From: Candidatus Poribacteria bacterium
GTDB lineage: Bacteria > Poribacteria > WGA-4E > GCA-2687025
Assembly: GCA_963665845.2 (NCBI GenBank)
Contig: OY762492.1
Span: 3,424,001 to 3,488,000 of the forward strand
Length of the DNA: 64,000 bases
Direction of reading: 5' to 3'
The notes beneath the pieces were generated by a model. The model was not told the DNA's origin. It saw only the letters and a program-made list of their open reading frames with translations, and searched no databases. Below are positions 31,099 to 41,546 of the stretch, one piece after another. How positions within the stretch are numbered: position 1 is the stretch's first letter; each line of letters opens with the position of its first letter. A program made the translations under genes and the position numbers.

Positions 31099-31998
31099 AT
31101 GAAACCTTACCGAATCGCGTTGATCGTTTCTCTCGCCTGTTTGCTGGCGGCTGTCGTCTGGGTCTTATGGCAGCGGGTCGGTCCGGAGCGCGCCGCCGAC
31201 CTCAACATGGACCCGCCTGCCGGTTCATTTCAAAAAAGCGGCTCTGCTTTGAAGACCGAAGATCAGACGCCCGTTCAGAATTCCGTCAAGGAGCAGCCGA
31301 CAGCGTCTGCTGACGCGGAGGAGGGCGCGTCGGCAGATGAAAAACCCCCTGTTCAATACGACTTCCGAAACTGGCAGGACGCGATGGGCGCCTACGCCGA
31401 GCTGGCGGGGCAGGCGTACGATCGGCTGAAACGGCTAGGCGCGCCTGAATCGGTCTTAGCGATGTTCGACGAATCGTACCAAAAAGAGCCCGCCATGTAT
31501 CAGCGTATGGGCAAGACGCGCGCGGGCGAGGCTGAAACATGGGTGAGGCATACCGCTGTGGATGAAACTTTCGAGAAGCTGGAAACCGAATACCGCGGCC
31601 TGTTGGACGCCATGATTCCGTTTCTCAACGACATTCCTTTTTATGAATGGCGCCCGAACTATGTGCTGGCGCGCGCGGGGCGCATACCGCTCTCGGAAGC
31701 GCAGGATCTGGTCGCGCTTCCAAACGGCGATGTCATTAATTTGGACGAGTACTACAACAAAAAGATTGTGATCAAATTCCAAAAAAAGATGATCCCGACG
31801 ATCGAAGGCGTTCGAGAGCTCATGCGACTGGAGGCGAAAGCGGCAAACCCGTCAACCCCGCTCACCGCATCGGAACTGATGCAGCTAGAGGAACTTCGCA
31901 ACCCTGGCTACGCGGAACATTCGACGGAATATTACAAGGGAAATGGCGTTGAGGAGGACATGGAAGAGCTGATCATAGACCTGGGCGTCGTCAGGTAA
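31099..31998 (+). CDS. Hypothetical membrane-anchored/exported protein
   Basis: RBS AAGGAGG; N-terminal TM helix, low-complexity linker and a globular domain with no recognised motif. Confidence 0.75.
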   Translation: MKPYRIALIVSLACLLAAVVWVLWQRVGPERAADLNMDPPAGSFQKSGSALKTEDQTPVQNSVKEQPTASADAEEGASADEKPPVQYDFRNWQDAMGAYAELAGQAYDRLKRLGAPESVLAMFDESYQKEPAMYQRMGKTRAGEAETWVRHTAVDETFEKLETEYRGLLDAMIPFLNDIPFYEWRPNYVLARAGRIPLSEAQDLVALPNGDVINLDEYYNKKIVIKFQKKMIPTIEGVRELMRLEAKAANPSTPLTASELMQLEELRNPGYAEHSTEYYKGNGVEEDMEELIIDLGVVR

Positions 31999-32057
31999 AA
32001 GCGCATGGGGCCGCCTAGGACCGCCATTCCGCCCTTGCCCATGCGGTAAAACATAAC

Positions 32058-32163
32058 GCGCGGGAATCTTAAGGCATTGCAGCCGCCGCGCCCGCCCTTT
32101 AAACCCCCTGGTTCCCCCTTTTCAAGGGGAATCGGAGGCCGCGCGGCGCGAATATCCCCGTAT
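32058..32163. repeat. REP-like repeat (partial GGGAAT plus CCCCCTTTTCAAGGGG)
   Basis: Inverse copy of 25145-25215. Confidence 0.8.
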
Positions 32164-32252
32164 GGACGTATCTACACGGGATCGGTTTCTGTTCGATCCA
32201 ACGGCGTTCGGCGCTATCATAACGTTATCAATGAACGGCATGGAGCGGCGGT

Positions 32253-33146
32253 TTGACGGAACGGATACGCATTGGAACGCGGGGAAGCGCGCTGGCGCTG
32301 GCGCAGACGCGGCTGGTCGCGGACGCGCTGACAGCGGAAGTGGAAACGCGCGTCATCCGCACAACAGGCGACCGCATCCAGGACAGACCGCTGCCGGAAA
32401 TCGGCGGAAAAGGGCTGTTCACATCGGAGCTGGAGGCGGCTCTGCTGGAGGGACGCATCGACGCCGCCGTCCACAGCATGAAAGACATGCCGACCGAAAT
32501 GGACGCGCGGCTCATGGTCGGCGCCGTTCCAGCGCGGGCAGCCCCGTTCGACGCGCTCATCACAGCCGACGGCGCCGCTTTAAAAGAGCTGCCTGAAGGC
32601 GCGCGCGTCGGGACAAGCAGCCGACGGCGCGCCGCCCAGCTGCTTGCGGTCCGCCCTGACATAAACGCGGTACCGATACGCGGCAATGTGGACACGCGCA
32701 TACGCAAACTGCGCAGCGAACCGTACGACGCGCTCATACTCGCCGCGGCGGGTCTGGAGCGCCTTGGACGCGCGGAGGAAATCGTTCAGCTGTTGAAGCC
32801 GCCCATGATGCTGCCCGCCGTTGGGCAGGGCGCCTTATGCATACAGACGCGGAGAGGAGACGCGGAAACGCTGAAACTCCTGCAGCCCGCGCATGACGAG
32901 GCGGCATGGCGCGCCGTTCAAGCCGAACGCGCCTTTCTGCGCGCCTTAGGCGGCGGCTGCCATACGCCCATCGCCGCTTACGCCGTATGGACGGAGGAGG
33001 ACGGCGCGGCGCTGACAGGGCGCGTCTTGAACGCGGACGGTTCAAAATGCGTGGAAGGCGCGCGCGTCGGACATGACCCTGAAAGGGTCGGGGCGGAGCT
33101 GGCTGAACAGCTGTTGAAACAAGGAGCGAAGGAGCTGCTGACATGA
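32253..33146 (+). CDS. hemC: Hydroxymethylbilane synthase
   Basis: IGTRGSALALAQ, GGKGLFTSELE, AVHSMKDMP, GTSSRRR, RGNVDTR, GGGCHTP. Confidence 0.97.
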   Translation: MTERIRIGTRGSALALAQTRLVADALTAEVETRVIRTTGDRIQDRPLPEIGGKGLFTSELEAALLEGRIDAAVHSMKDMPTEMDARLMVGAVPARAAPFDALITADGAALKELPEGARVGTSSRRRAAQLLAVRPDINAVPIRGNVDTRIRKLRSEPYDALILAAAGLERLGRAEEIVQLLKPPMMLPAVGQGALCIQTRRGDAETLKLLQPAHDEAAWRAVQAERAFLRALGGGCHTPIAAYAVWTEEDGAALTGRVLNADGSKCVEGARVGHDPERVGAELAEQLLKQGAKELLT

Positions 33147-34657
33147 CGGGGCGGGCGTATCTGATAGGCGCGGGTCCGGGCGATCCGAAGCTGTTGACGC
33201 TGCGCGGACGCGAGCTGCTGGAGCGCGCCGACATTATTTTTTACGACGCGCTGGCGAACCCGTCGCTGTTGAAACACGCGCGCCCGGACGCCGAAAAAGT
33301 GTATGTCGGCAAGCGCGGCGGCGAGAATTACATTCAACAGGAGGAGCTGAACGCGCGGCTCCTCCAATCGGCGCGGGAAGGCAAAACGATCGCCCGTCTC
33401 AAAGGCGGCGACCCGTTCATCTTCGGGCGCGGCGGCGAGGAGGCGGAAATGCTGCGCCTTGCGGGCGTCGATGTTGAGATCGCGCCGGGCGTTCCGTCGC
33501 CGCTCGCGGCGGCCGCTTACGCCGGCATTCCGTTGACACACCGCGAATACGCCTCTTCAGTCGCGTTCGTAACGGGTCATGAGGATCCGACGAAGCCGTC
33601 TCCCTCTGTCGACTGGAGAAAGCTGGCGGGCGCGGTCGACACGATCGCCGTTTTGATGGGTATGGGAAACCTGGCGCGCATCGCGGAGGAGCTGATGGCG
33701 GGGGGGCGTTCGCCAGAGACGCCGGCGGCGGTCGTTCAATGGGGGACGCTTCCGCGGCAGCGTACCGTTTTGGCGGCGTTGTCGACCGTCGCCGAGGAGG
33801 CGGAGAAGGCGGGCGTCGGCAGCCCCGCGATTGTTCTCATCGGCGAAGTGGCGCATCTGCGGGAGCGTCTGGCGTGGTTCGACCGCCGGCCCTTGTTTGG
33901 AAGAACGGCGGTCGTGACGCGCGCCCGTTCGCAGGCGAGTTCGCTGGTCGGCTTGCTGGAGGAGGCGGGGGCTGAAGTGATCGAATGTCCGGCGATTCGC
34001 GCCGTACCTTTAAAAGAGAACCCGCTTTTGGACGCCTCGGTCAAGATCCTCCGCGGTTTTGACTGGACGATCTTTTCAAGCGTGAACGCTGTGGACGCTT
34101 TCTGGGCGCGGCTGGAGTCTTCGGGTCTGGACGCGCGCGCGTTCGGCGCATGCAAGGTCGCCGCGGTCGGTCCGGCAACGGCGCGCCGCCTCCGAGAGCG
34201 CGGAATACAACCCGACCTTGTGCCGCGCGAGTCGCGTTCCGAGGGCGTTTTGAAGGAGATAGAGAATCCCATATGGAAGCGGTTTTTGCTGGTTCGGGCG
34301 TTGAAAGGGCGCGAAACGCTGCGCGAGGGGCTGCTCAACGCGGGAGCGGATGTGGTCGATGCGCCGGCGTATGAGACCCTTGCGGACGCGCAAAACGCCG
34401 ACCTTGTCAAAAAACGATTAGCGCAAGGGGGCGTAAACGTGGTAACATTTACCAGCGGATCGACGGTCGAGAATTTTTTAAAGGCTCTTGAGTCCGAGGA
34501 TGCGGCGGGATTGCTTCAAAATACGGCGGTCGCGGCGATCGGACCCGTGACGCGGGCGGCGGCGGAAGCGCGCGGCTTGAAGGTCGCCATCGAAGCGCCC
34601 GAAGCGAGCGTCGAATCGCTGGCGGAAGCGGTCCTCAATTATTTCGCGGGAAAGTGA
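33143..34657 (+). CDS. cobA: Fused uroporphyrinogen-III C-methyltransferase / uroporphyrinogen-III synthase (CobA-HemD)
   Basis: [28 protein letters not shown], then the HemD part VVTRAR...FSSVNAV...TFTSGSTV...AIGPVT. Confidence 0.95.
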   Translation: MTGRAYLIGAGPGDPKLLTLRGRELLERADIIFYDALANPSLLKHARPDAEKVYVGKRGGENYIQQEELNARLLQSAREGKTIARLKGGDPFIFGRGGEEAEMLRLAGVDVEIAPGVPSPLAAAAYAGIPLTHREYASSVAFVTGHEDPTKPSPSVDWRKLAGAVDTIAVLMGMGNLARIAEELMAGGRSPETPAAVVQWGTLPRQRTVLAALSTVAEEAEKAGVGSPAIVLIGEVAHLRERLAWFDRRPLFGRTAVVTRARSQASSLVGLLEEAGAEVIECPAIRAVPLKENPLLDASVKILRGFDWTIFSSVNAVDAFWARLESSGLDARAFGACKVAAVGPATARRLRERGIQPDLVPRESRSEGVLKEIENPIWKRFLLVRALKGRETLREGLLNAGADVVDAPAYETLADAQNADLVKKRLAQGGVNVVTFTSGSTVENFLKALESEDAAGLLQNTAVAAIGPVTRAAAEARGLKVAIEAPEASVESLAEAVLNYFAGK

Positions 34658-34664
34658 GCGGCTT

Positions 34665-35153
34665 ATGGAAAGCAAATGGATCAAGTTCGTTCTCGCCGGG
34701 ACGCTGCTGACAGCGGCGGCGGTTCTGTTGAGCGTTGTCGCCTTCAACAGCCCCGGCGCCAACCTTGTCCGCTTCACCCCAGACCAGCTGCTTGCGGACC
34801 AAGGCGGCGCGTCCGCCGGCGTTCAGGTAGACGGATGGGTGGCAGAGGGGACGGAACAGTACGACATCGACCAGCAGGAGCTGCGCTTTCAGGTCCGCGA
34901 CGCCGAAAGAACGGCGTTTATCGACGTCGTATACCGAGAAGGGCTGAAGCCGGACAGCTTCAAGGAGGGCCAGGGCGTCGTCGTGAGCGGACATTACAAC
35001 CGCGCCTCCAACACCATTCAGGCGTCCAAGCTGATGACAAAATGCCCCTCCAAATACGAAGCGGCGGACGGCGGTTACGCCGAGTCGGAAGGCGCGGCTG
35101 AACAGACAGAGGCGCCGCAATACTCCGAAAGCTCTCCTGAAAGCTCTCCATGA
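34665..35153 (+). CDS. ccmE: Heme chaperone CcmE, CxxxY variant
   Basis: N-terminal TM, KPDSFKEGQGVVVSG, LMTKCPSKY. Confidence 0.92.
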   Translation: MESKWIKFVLAGTLLTAAAVLLSVVAFNSPGANLVRFTPDQLLADQGGASAGVQVDGWVAEGTEQYDIDQQELRFQVRDAERTAFIDVVYREGLKPDSFKEGQGVVVSGHYNRASNTIQASKLMTKCPSKYEAADGGYAESEGAAEQTEAPQYSESSPESSP

Positions 35154-37342
35154 ACGACCGTCCGCGCGAGACGAAATTCGCTTTTTCCATCGCTTTTGCG
35201 TTTGTAGGCGTTTCGACGCTCATTTTTTTGCTGATGTCTAGGACGGACGATGTCGCTGCTACAGGATTTCCGCGCGCCGCCGTCTACATTGCCGCGGGCT
35301 GCGCGGCATGGGCATGCCTCGCGTTCGCTGTCGGGCTGCGCAGCCGGCATGAGGGCTGGCTCCGCAGCGCGCGGCGCGGGATTGTCGCCGCGTGGACGCT
35401 GATACTCTTTACGACCGTCTGCCTGCTCATCGCGCTGCTGTCCGACTGGCACCATGTCGAATATGTATGGCGCACTTCAACGCCGCAACAGCCCGTCCAT
35501 TACAAGTTGAGCGCTCTGTGGGGCGGCATGTCCGGCTCCATGCTGTTTTGGAACGCGATACTGACCTCCTGCGCCGCGCTGATGGTCTGGCGAAGCCGCG
35601 GCGAAGAGGACAGGCTGACCGATTACGCGCTCGGCGTCATGTCGGTCGTCATGCTGTTTTATGCGGTTTTATCGGCGGGGCTTGTCCCGGGCATCAGCAA
35701 CCCGTTTCAGCTGTTGAGCGACGACATCCGCATGCGCGTGGAGGCGGACGCGGCGGCGGGCGTTTCAACGCGCGGGCTTGGAATGAACCCGCTTTTACAG
35801 ACCCCCTTGATGATGATTCACCCCCCGAACCTGTACGGCGGCTTTGTGATCTGCACCGCGCCGTTCGCCTACGCGGTCGGGTCGATGCTTCAAGGGTCGG
35901 GAAGTACGCTCTGGCTCGCCCGTTCTCGGCGTTGGACCATCGCGGCGTGGCTGTTCTTGACGCTCGGCAACCTGCTCGGCGGCGCGTGGGCGTATAACGA
36001 ACTTGGATGGGGCGGCTACTGGGGCTGGGATCCTGTGGAGAACGCGGCGCTGCTGCCTTGGCTCATGATCACCGCGTTTCTCCATTCGGTCATGATTCAA
36101 GAGCGGCGCAACATGCTCAAGATATGGAACATCGCTCTCATCTCGCTCACCTTTCTGCTGGTTCTGTTTGGGACGATGCTGGTACGGTGCGGGCTGTTGA
36201 CATCTGTCCATGCGTTTGGAGAGTCGAGCGAGCTGCTGACCTATTTTGGAAGCTTTTTGGCGCTTTCAACCATCGCTGTCGTTTTGTTGATCGCGCGCCG
36301 ATGGCGCCGGCTGCGCAGCGTCAACCGATTCGATTCGCTGCTGTCTAAGGAGGCGGCGTTCCTTTTTAACAACTGGATCTTTGTGATCAGCGCCGCGGTT
36401 GTCCTGGCAGGCACCATTTTTCCGATCATTTCGGAAGCGTACTACACCTATGTGCGCGGAATTCCCGACCGCAAGATCGCCGTTTCGGAGCCGTATTACA
36501 ACGCTTTCATCGTTCCGCTTGGGCTGATTCTGCTCGCGCTGACAGGCGTCGGACCGATGATTTCATGGAAAAAAGCGACAGGCTCGAACCTTCGCCGCAA
36601 CTTCCTCTTGCCGACAGCGGCGGGCTTGATTGCGGCGCTGGCGTGCGTCGCCCCGTTCGTCATCATCGGGAATTCCTCCCCTGACGAATTCCCGTTATTG
36701 AAGACGATCTATTCGCTGCTGTGCGTTTTTGCGTCTGTGTTTGTGTTAGGGACAATCGCGCTGGAGTACTGGAAAGGCGTACGGATACGCATGCGGCGCG
36801 GGTCGCCGAATCTGTTTTCAGCCTTGTTCAAATTGACGAATCAGAATCGGCGGCGGTACGGCGGTTATATTGTGCATATCGGCGTCGCGCTGTTTTATAT
36901 CGGCGCGCTGGGGTCGAACGGGTTTCAGCTGTCGGATCGGGTGATACTGGCGCCGGGCGAAACGCATCAGATTGCCGGTTATCAGCTAAAATACGCCGGC
37001 GAGCCGTTTCAAAAGCGCGGTCCGAACGCCGTTTTCCATGGCGTTCCGATTGAGGTGTCCAAAAACGGCAGCGGACCTATCGCCCAACTGGAGCCGTCCC
37101 GCGGCATGTACGACGCCAGCGAATCGGCGACATACGAATCCGACACGCTGCGCCGCTTGTCGGGCGACCTGTATATATCTCTAGGCGGGGTCAACGAGGA
37201 GGGGAAAGCCGATATGCAGGTGTACTACAACCCGCTCGCATGGGTCGTTCTATGGGCGGTTCCGATTGTGATGATCATCGGCGGGGCGGTCTGTCTAGCG
37301 GAGCGGATCAAATACCGGCCGACGAAAGGAGCGGAAGCATGA
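35150..37342 (+). CDS. ccmF: Cytochrome c heme lyase CcmF
   Basis: GMNPLLQ..IHPP, WAYNELGWGGYWGWDPVENA (WWD), AFLHS, SVHAF, YGGYIVHIG. Confidence 0.96.
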   Translation: MNDRPRETKFAFSIAFAFVGVSTLIFLLMSRTDDVAATGFPRAAVYIAAGCAAWACLAFAVGLRSRHEGWLRSARRGIVAAWTLILFTTVCLLIALLSDWHHVEYVWRTSTPQQPVHYKLSALWGGMSGSMLFWNAILTSCAALMVWRSRGEEDRLTDYALGVMSVVMLFYAVLSAGLVPGISNPFQLLSDDIRMRVEADAAAGVSTRGLGMNPLLQTPLMMIHPPNLYGGFVICTAPFAYAVGSMLQGSGSTLWLARSRRWTIAAWLFLTLGNLLGGAWAYNELGWGGYWGWDPVENAALLPWLMITAFLHSVMIQERRNMLKIWNIALISLTFLLVLFGTMLVRCGLLTSVHAFGESSELLTYFGSFLALSTIAVVLLIARRWRRLRSVNRFDSLLSKEAAFLFNNWIFVISAAVVLAGTIFPIISEAYYTYVRGIPDRKIAVSEPYYNAFIVPLGLILLALTGVGPMISWKKATGSNLRRNFLLPTAAGLIAALACVAPFVIIGNSSPDEFPLLKTIYSLLCVFASVFVLGTIALEYWKGVRIRMRRGSPNLFSALFKLTNQNRRRYGGYIVHIGVALFYIGALGSNGFQLSDRVILAPGETHQIAGYQLKYAGEPFQKRGPNAVFHGVPIEVSKNGSGPIAQLEPSRGMYDASESATYESDTLRRLSGDLYISLGGVNEEGKADMQVYYNPLAWVVLWAVPIVMIIGGAVCLAERIKYRPTKGAEA

Positions 37343-37806
37343 AACGGATCGCGTTTGCGGCGGCGTTGACCGTTGTTCTTACGGTTGGCGCCGCCGAGGA
37401 GAGCGGACCGCTGACGCCGATACAGCAGGCGGCGCTGAAGAAAGCGTCGCAAAGCGTCCTTTGCGGCTGCGCCGACTGCCCGCCGACAATTCTGCGCGAC
37501 TGCATGTGTCATTGGGCGCGCGACGCCAGGGATGTCATGACGGAGCAGGCGCAGGGGGGAGAGACGGCGGAGCAGATTGCGGCGGCGTATATTGAAAAGT
37601 ATGGGGAGCGGTATCTTGCGGCGCCGAAGAAGGAAGGTTTTGATCTACTGCTTTGGATCTTGCCGGCGGTTCTGTTTGCGGCGGCGACGGCGTTTCTCTG
37701 GTTTTTCTTAAAAACTCAAAAAGAGAGGGCGGAAGAGACGGCGGCGGAGCAGCCCTCGGACGAGTATCGAGAGCGAATTGAAAACGAGCTGAAGGCGCGG
37801 GGATGA
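37339..37806 (+). CDS. ccmH: CcmH/CycL-type cytochrome c biogenesis protein
   Basis: Signal peptide, LCGCADC..LRDCMC, YIEKYGERYLAAP and TM LLLWILP. Confidence 0.8.
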   Translation: MKRIAFAAALTVVLTVGAAEESGPLTPIQQAALKKASQSVLCGCADCPPTILRDCMCHWARDARDVMTEQAQGGETAEQIAAAYIEKYGERYLAAPKKEGFDLLLWILPAVLFAAATAFLWFFLKTQKERAEETAAEQPSDEYRERIENELKARG

Positions 37807-37859
37807 CGATTAACGGCGCGGAATGGTTTTGGCGGATGCGGACGTTGTTTGCGCCGCCT

Positions 37860-38032
37860 AAGATTCCCGCTTACGCGGGAATGACGAAGAGAGAGGGGCG
37901 GGAATGACCCCCGTTTTCACGGGGCAGGCTATGGGGCGCGGGAATGCATGCCCTCGCGGAAGCGGGGGACGAAGAGAGAGGCGCGGGAATGCATGCCCTC
38001 GCGGAAGCGGGGGACGAAGAGAGAGGCGCGGA
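37860..38032. repeat. ATTCCC-N8-GGGAAT plus tandem ~44-bp derived units inside the ccm operon
   Basis: gcgggaatgcatgccctcgcggaagcgggggacgaagagagag occurs twice; the same module occurs near 21910, 48072 and 53690 (inverse). Confidence 0.85.
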
Positions 38033-38060
38033 ACCGTATGAGCGTTGGGGCAGGTTCAAG

Positions 38061-38444
38061 ATGACGGCGGAGACGGCTCTGTTTGCCGCATTGTGCGCGT
38101 TGGCGCTGCTCGGTTTGCTTTATTTGGGAAGCCCGATTTTGAGCGCCGGCGGGCAGCGTTTTGAGGCGCGCGACACGGAGCTGGACGAGCTGATGATCGA
38201 ACGGGAGCGCAGTTATACGGCTCTTGCCGATCTGGATTTTGACAAGGAATGCGGTAAGATTTCGGACGCTGATTATGAGCGGCTGCGCGCCGATCTGATG
38301 CGCGAAACGGCGCACATACTGGCGGAGATGGACGCGCGCATTGAGGCGCGGGGAGGATCGCCGACCGCGGCCGCCGGCGCCGTTGACGACGACCTGCTGG
38401 AGCGGGAGATCGAAGCGTTCAAGAAAGCGCGGGAGCGGTACTGA
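38061..38444 (+). CDS. Small CcmI-N-terminal-like membrane protein
   Basis: TM helix then ERERSYTALADLDFDKECGKISDADYERLR; inside the ccm operon. Confidence 0.6.
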   Translation: MTAETALFAALCALALLGLLYLGSPILSAGGQRFEARDTELDELMIERERSYTALADLDFDKECGKISDADYERLRADLMRETAHILAEMDARIEARGGSPTAAAGAVDDDLLEREIEAFKKARERY

Positions 38445-40174
38445 TGAGGCTTGCTGTACGGTTCGCCGCCGTTCTATGCGCAGCGGCGGCGGCGTTTTTA
38501 ACTGCAGACGCCCAGACAAACGGAACGATACGCGGACGCCTTCTCGACGCGGCGACCGAGCAGGCGTACGACGGCGTGGACGTAACTCTCACATGGACGC
38601 AGGACGGCAAAACGGAGCGGCGCGTTCAACAAACGCAGAACGGCGGGCGGTATGAATTCACGAACCTTCCTGTTCAGCTGGAGCTGTCGTTCACGTTGTC
38701 GGCGGAGGTAGAGGGAGAGCTTATTGAGCGGAAGGGCGCCGCGCTGTCGGAGTGGACGCCGGAGATGGTCTACGATTTGAAGCGCGTTGCGGCAACTTCA
38801 GACAACGCCGAACTGGCGACGCGCCTCGTCATTGCGATTCACGATTCGGGCGACCGCGGTTCATGGAGGCTGGCGGAATTCATCACGATAGAAAATAAGG
38901 GCGCCGAGAATTATGTCCACGCGGACGCCGACGGCAAACAGATTCCTTTGCTTTTAGACGCGCCGGCGGGAGCGTCGGAGCTTTCTGGACAGCGTCAGGC
39001 AATTGACGGCGCCTCAACCCCGCTTCAAATAGACGAAATGGGCGCGCTTCTGAACGACCCGCTGCCGTCGGGTCAAACGCTCATCACCTACTCCTACAAC
39101 CTTTCGGCGGAGCCGCCGCTGGACCTGTCGCGGACGCTTCATCTTCCGATGGACGAAATACTTGTGTTGGTCGAAAATCCGAACGGGAGAGTCGTTTCGG
39201 ACGGGTTCGAGTCGACAGGCTCGCAGACGATTGGAGGCGCCACTTTCCAGCGTTTTGAGCTGAAAAACGCGCCGGCGGGACAGAATATACCGATACGGGT
39301 GGAGCTGCCCTCGTTGTCGGCGCAGCTGATGATCATGCTTCAGGCGGCGGAAACGGACGGGTTCGTTGAGGCGGTTGAGTTTCTGCATGTTCAAAACAGC
39401 GGGAGCGAGGATTTCAGCGAAACGGATCATGACGGAAACCCGATCGGTCTGCATATCCATCTGCCGGAGGGCGCGCGGGATATAAAGGCGGGCGGCGCCG
39501 GCGGGCGGCCGATTCAAACGCGGACAGACGAAACAGGCGTCAGCGTTGTCGACCCGATACCGCCGGGAATCACAACGATTGAGCTGGCGTATTCCATGCC
39601 GGTCGGCGCGCCGATAGACCTGTCGCGTTCGTTTCATATTCCGGTGAGCGAGATACGGGCGGCGCTAGAGAATTCGCGCGCCTGGATCGCCTCTCCGCTT
39701 TTCATCATGCAAGGCTCCGAGTCGATCCACGGGGACGGAAGCGGCGCGCCGACGATGCGCGTCAACCTATTCACGCGGCATAACATTCCGTTTGGCAGCC
39801 CCGTTCCGATACGGGTCGATTTTTTCGGCGGCGCGGCTTCCAGTACCGAGGGAGTCCCGGTTTTCTTGGCGGCTTTGATTGGCGCGCTTGCGTTGACGGT
39901 CGGCGGCGCGGTCGGCTCATGGGTCTCGCAGTCGCGTTCGTTGAACAAAAGAACGGCGGAGGAGCCGGAGCCGCCCCCTCGTCCGATGGAGAAGCTGAAA
40001 CGTTTCAAGGCGGGCGATCTGGCGGTCATGAAGCGGATGCTGCTGGAGCAGATCGCCGAGCTGGACGCCCAGCGGGAACAGAACGCGCTGACAGGCGCCG
40101 CCCACCGGCAGATGCGCGATGAGGCGAAGGCGCGCCTTGCCCGCGTCATTGAGCAGCAAGAGGCGCCGCGATGA
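38444..40174 (+). CDS. Exported, membrane-anchored protein with a carboxypeptidase-regulatory-like domain and two paralogous beta domains
   Basis: Signal peptide, GTIRGRLLDA...GRYEFTNL, internal duplication (EFITIENKG / EFLHVQNSG; PLDLSRTLHLP / PIDLSRSFHIP) and a C-terminal TM. Confidence 0.7.
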   Translation: MRLAVRFAAVLCAAAAAFLTADAQTNGTIRGRLLDAATEQAYDGVDVTLTWTQDGKTERRVQQTQNGGRYEFTNLPVQLELSFTLSAEVEGELIERKGAALSEWTPEMVYDLKRVAATSDNAELATRLVIAIHDSGDRGSWRLAEFITIENKGAENYVHADADGKQIPLLLDAPAGASELSGQRQAIDGASTPLQIDEMGALLNDPLPSGQTLITYSYNLSAEPPLDLSRTLHLPMDEILVLVENPNGRVVSDGFESTGSQTIGGATFQRFELKNAPAGQNIPIRVELPSLSAQLMIMLQAAETDGFVEAVEFLHVQNSGSEDFSETDHDGNPIGLHIHLPEGARDIKAGGAGGRPIQTRTDETGVSVVDPIPPGITTIELAYSMPVGAPIDLSRSFHIPVSEIRAALENSRAWIASPLFIMQGSESIHGDGSGAPTMRVNLFTRHNIPFGSPVPIRVDFFGGAASSTEGVPVFLAALIGALALTVGGAVGSWVSQSRSLNKRTAEEPEPPPRPMEKLKRFKAGDLAVMKRMLLEQIAELDAQREQNALTGAAHRQMRDEAKARLARVIEQQEAPR

Positions 40175-40181
40175 GCCGCCG

Positions 40182-40835
40182 ATGAACGGGCTTTCGGCGG
40201 AGCGTCTAGAAAAGAGGCGCGGCGGGCTTCCTGTTCTGCGCGGGGCGACGCTTCAACTGGAGCGCGGCGCAAGCCTGTCGCTGATCGGAGCGAACGGAAG
40301 CGGAAAGACGACGCTGCTGGAGCTGCTGGCGGGGCTGTCCCGCCCGAACGGCGGGTCGATCTTTTGGAACGGCGTGGACGCGCGGAAGCGTCCCATGAAC
40401 TACCGCCGCTGCGTCGGGTACGCGGCGCATGAGCCGTTGATTTATCCTGAATGGTCGGGTCGGCAAAACTTGCTTTTTTTTGCGCGGCTGCGGGGCATCG
40501 ACAATCCGCGCTTGCAGGTTGAACAGGAACTGAACGAGGCGGGGCTGGCTCCCTTCGCCGAGACGCCCGCGCGGTTCTACTCAAGAGGGATGACGCAGCG
40601 TCTGGCGCTGGCGCGCGTTTTTTTGCGCCGTTCAGAGCTGCTGCTTTTGGACGAGCCGTTCGCCGGCTTGGACGAAGAATCGCGCCGGCGCCTGCTGGAT
40701 CGGCTGCATCGAGAACGGGAGAGAGGAGCCGCGCTCATCCTTGCGACGCATGACGCCGAGATCAGCCGCCAAGCATGCGAACGCGAAGCGCGTCTGCTGG
40801 AGGGAGCGGTCGTTTTGAGCGGCGGCAATGAATGA
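40182..40835 (+). CDS. ccmA: Heme exporter ATP-binding subunit CcmA
   Basis: GANGSGKTT, YSRGMTQR, LLLDEPFAGLD; followed by ccmB and ccmC. Confidence 0.9.
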   Translation: MNGLSAERLEKRRGGLPVLRGATLQLERGASLSLIGANGSGKTTLLELLAGLSRPNGGSIFWNGVDARKRPMNYRRCVGYAAHEPLIYPEWSGRQNLLFFARLRGIDNPRLQVEQELNEAGLAPFAETPARFYSRGMTQRLALARVFLRRSELLLLDEPFAGLDEESRRRLLDRLHRERERGAALILATHDAEISRQACEREARLLEGAVVLSGGNE

Positions 40836-41545
40836 AACACACGTTTGCGCAATTCAGCCGCCTCTTTTACAAAGACCTGTCGCTCCAATGGCGCAGTCGG
40901 GGGGCGATGGCGGTGGCGCTGCTGTTTTCGTTGACGGCGGTCATGCTGTTCGCGCTGGTGTACGGTCCCTTCTTCTCGCCGCCGGAGCTTCCGATGGAGG
41001 CGCGGCGGCGCGAGCTGGCGAAACTTGCCTCCAGCGTCTACTGGACGGCGGCGGCGTTTGCAGGCGTTGTCGCCGTGTACCGCAGCGCGGAGGCGGACAG
41101 GGAAGCGGGCGGAATCAAGGCGGTACGAATGGACGCGGACGGCTCCGTCATTTATGCCGCGAGAGTCTGCGCCTTGAGCGTCATGTTATGCTTGACGCAG
41201 CTGGCGCTCGGTTTGTTGACGGCGGCGTTTTTCGACATTGCCTGGTTGACGCTGGGCGATGTCCTGCGGCTGATCGGAGTCGGCGCGGCGGCGGCGGTCG
41301 GACTTGGAGCGGTCGGCGCGCTGATGGGCGCCATGGCGGCGTCTATGCGCGGCGGCGAAGGGCTGCTCTCGGCGGGAATGCTGCCCCTTCAGTTGCCGCT
41401 GCTTATGGCGGCGTCCAAATGCGCGGCTCCGATCTGGGCGTCCGAGCCGATACCGGAAAAGATGTGGATCGCGCTGCTTGCCTCGTATGCGCTCATCATG
41501 TCGGCGGTCGGGCTGCTGCTTTTTGAACTTGTTTTGGAGGATTAA
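40832..41545 (+). CDS. ccmB: Heme exporter permease CcmB
   Basis: KDLSLQWRSR, six TMs, LPLQLPLL; operon position. Confidence 0.85.
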   Translation: MKHTFAQFSRLFYKDLSLQWRSRGAMAVALLFSLTAVMLFALVYGPFFSPPELPMEARRRELAKLASSVYWTAAAFAGVVAVYRSAEADREAGGIKAVRMDADGSVIYAARVCALSVMLCLTQLALGLLTAAFFDIAWLTLGDVLRLIGVGAAAAVGLGAVGALMGAMAASMRGGEGLLSAGMLPLQLPLLMAASKCAAPIWASEPIPEKMWIALLASYALIMSAVGLLLFELVLED

Positions 41546-41546
41546 A

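Noticed and set aside
37944-38060. Repetitive N-terminal extension MHALAEAGDEERGAG in the ORF track
   Set aside because: It is translation through the intergenic repeat; the likely start is ATG 38061. The same applies to SFPRKRES- and IPAYAGMT-type ORFs at 18473-19162, 30762, 47689 and 53659.
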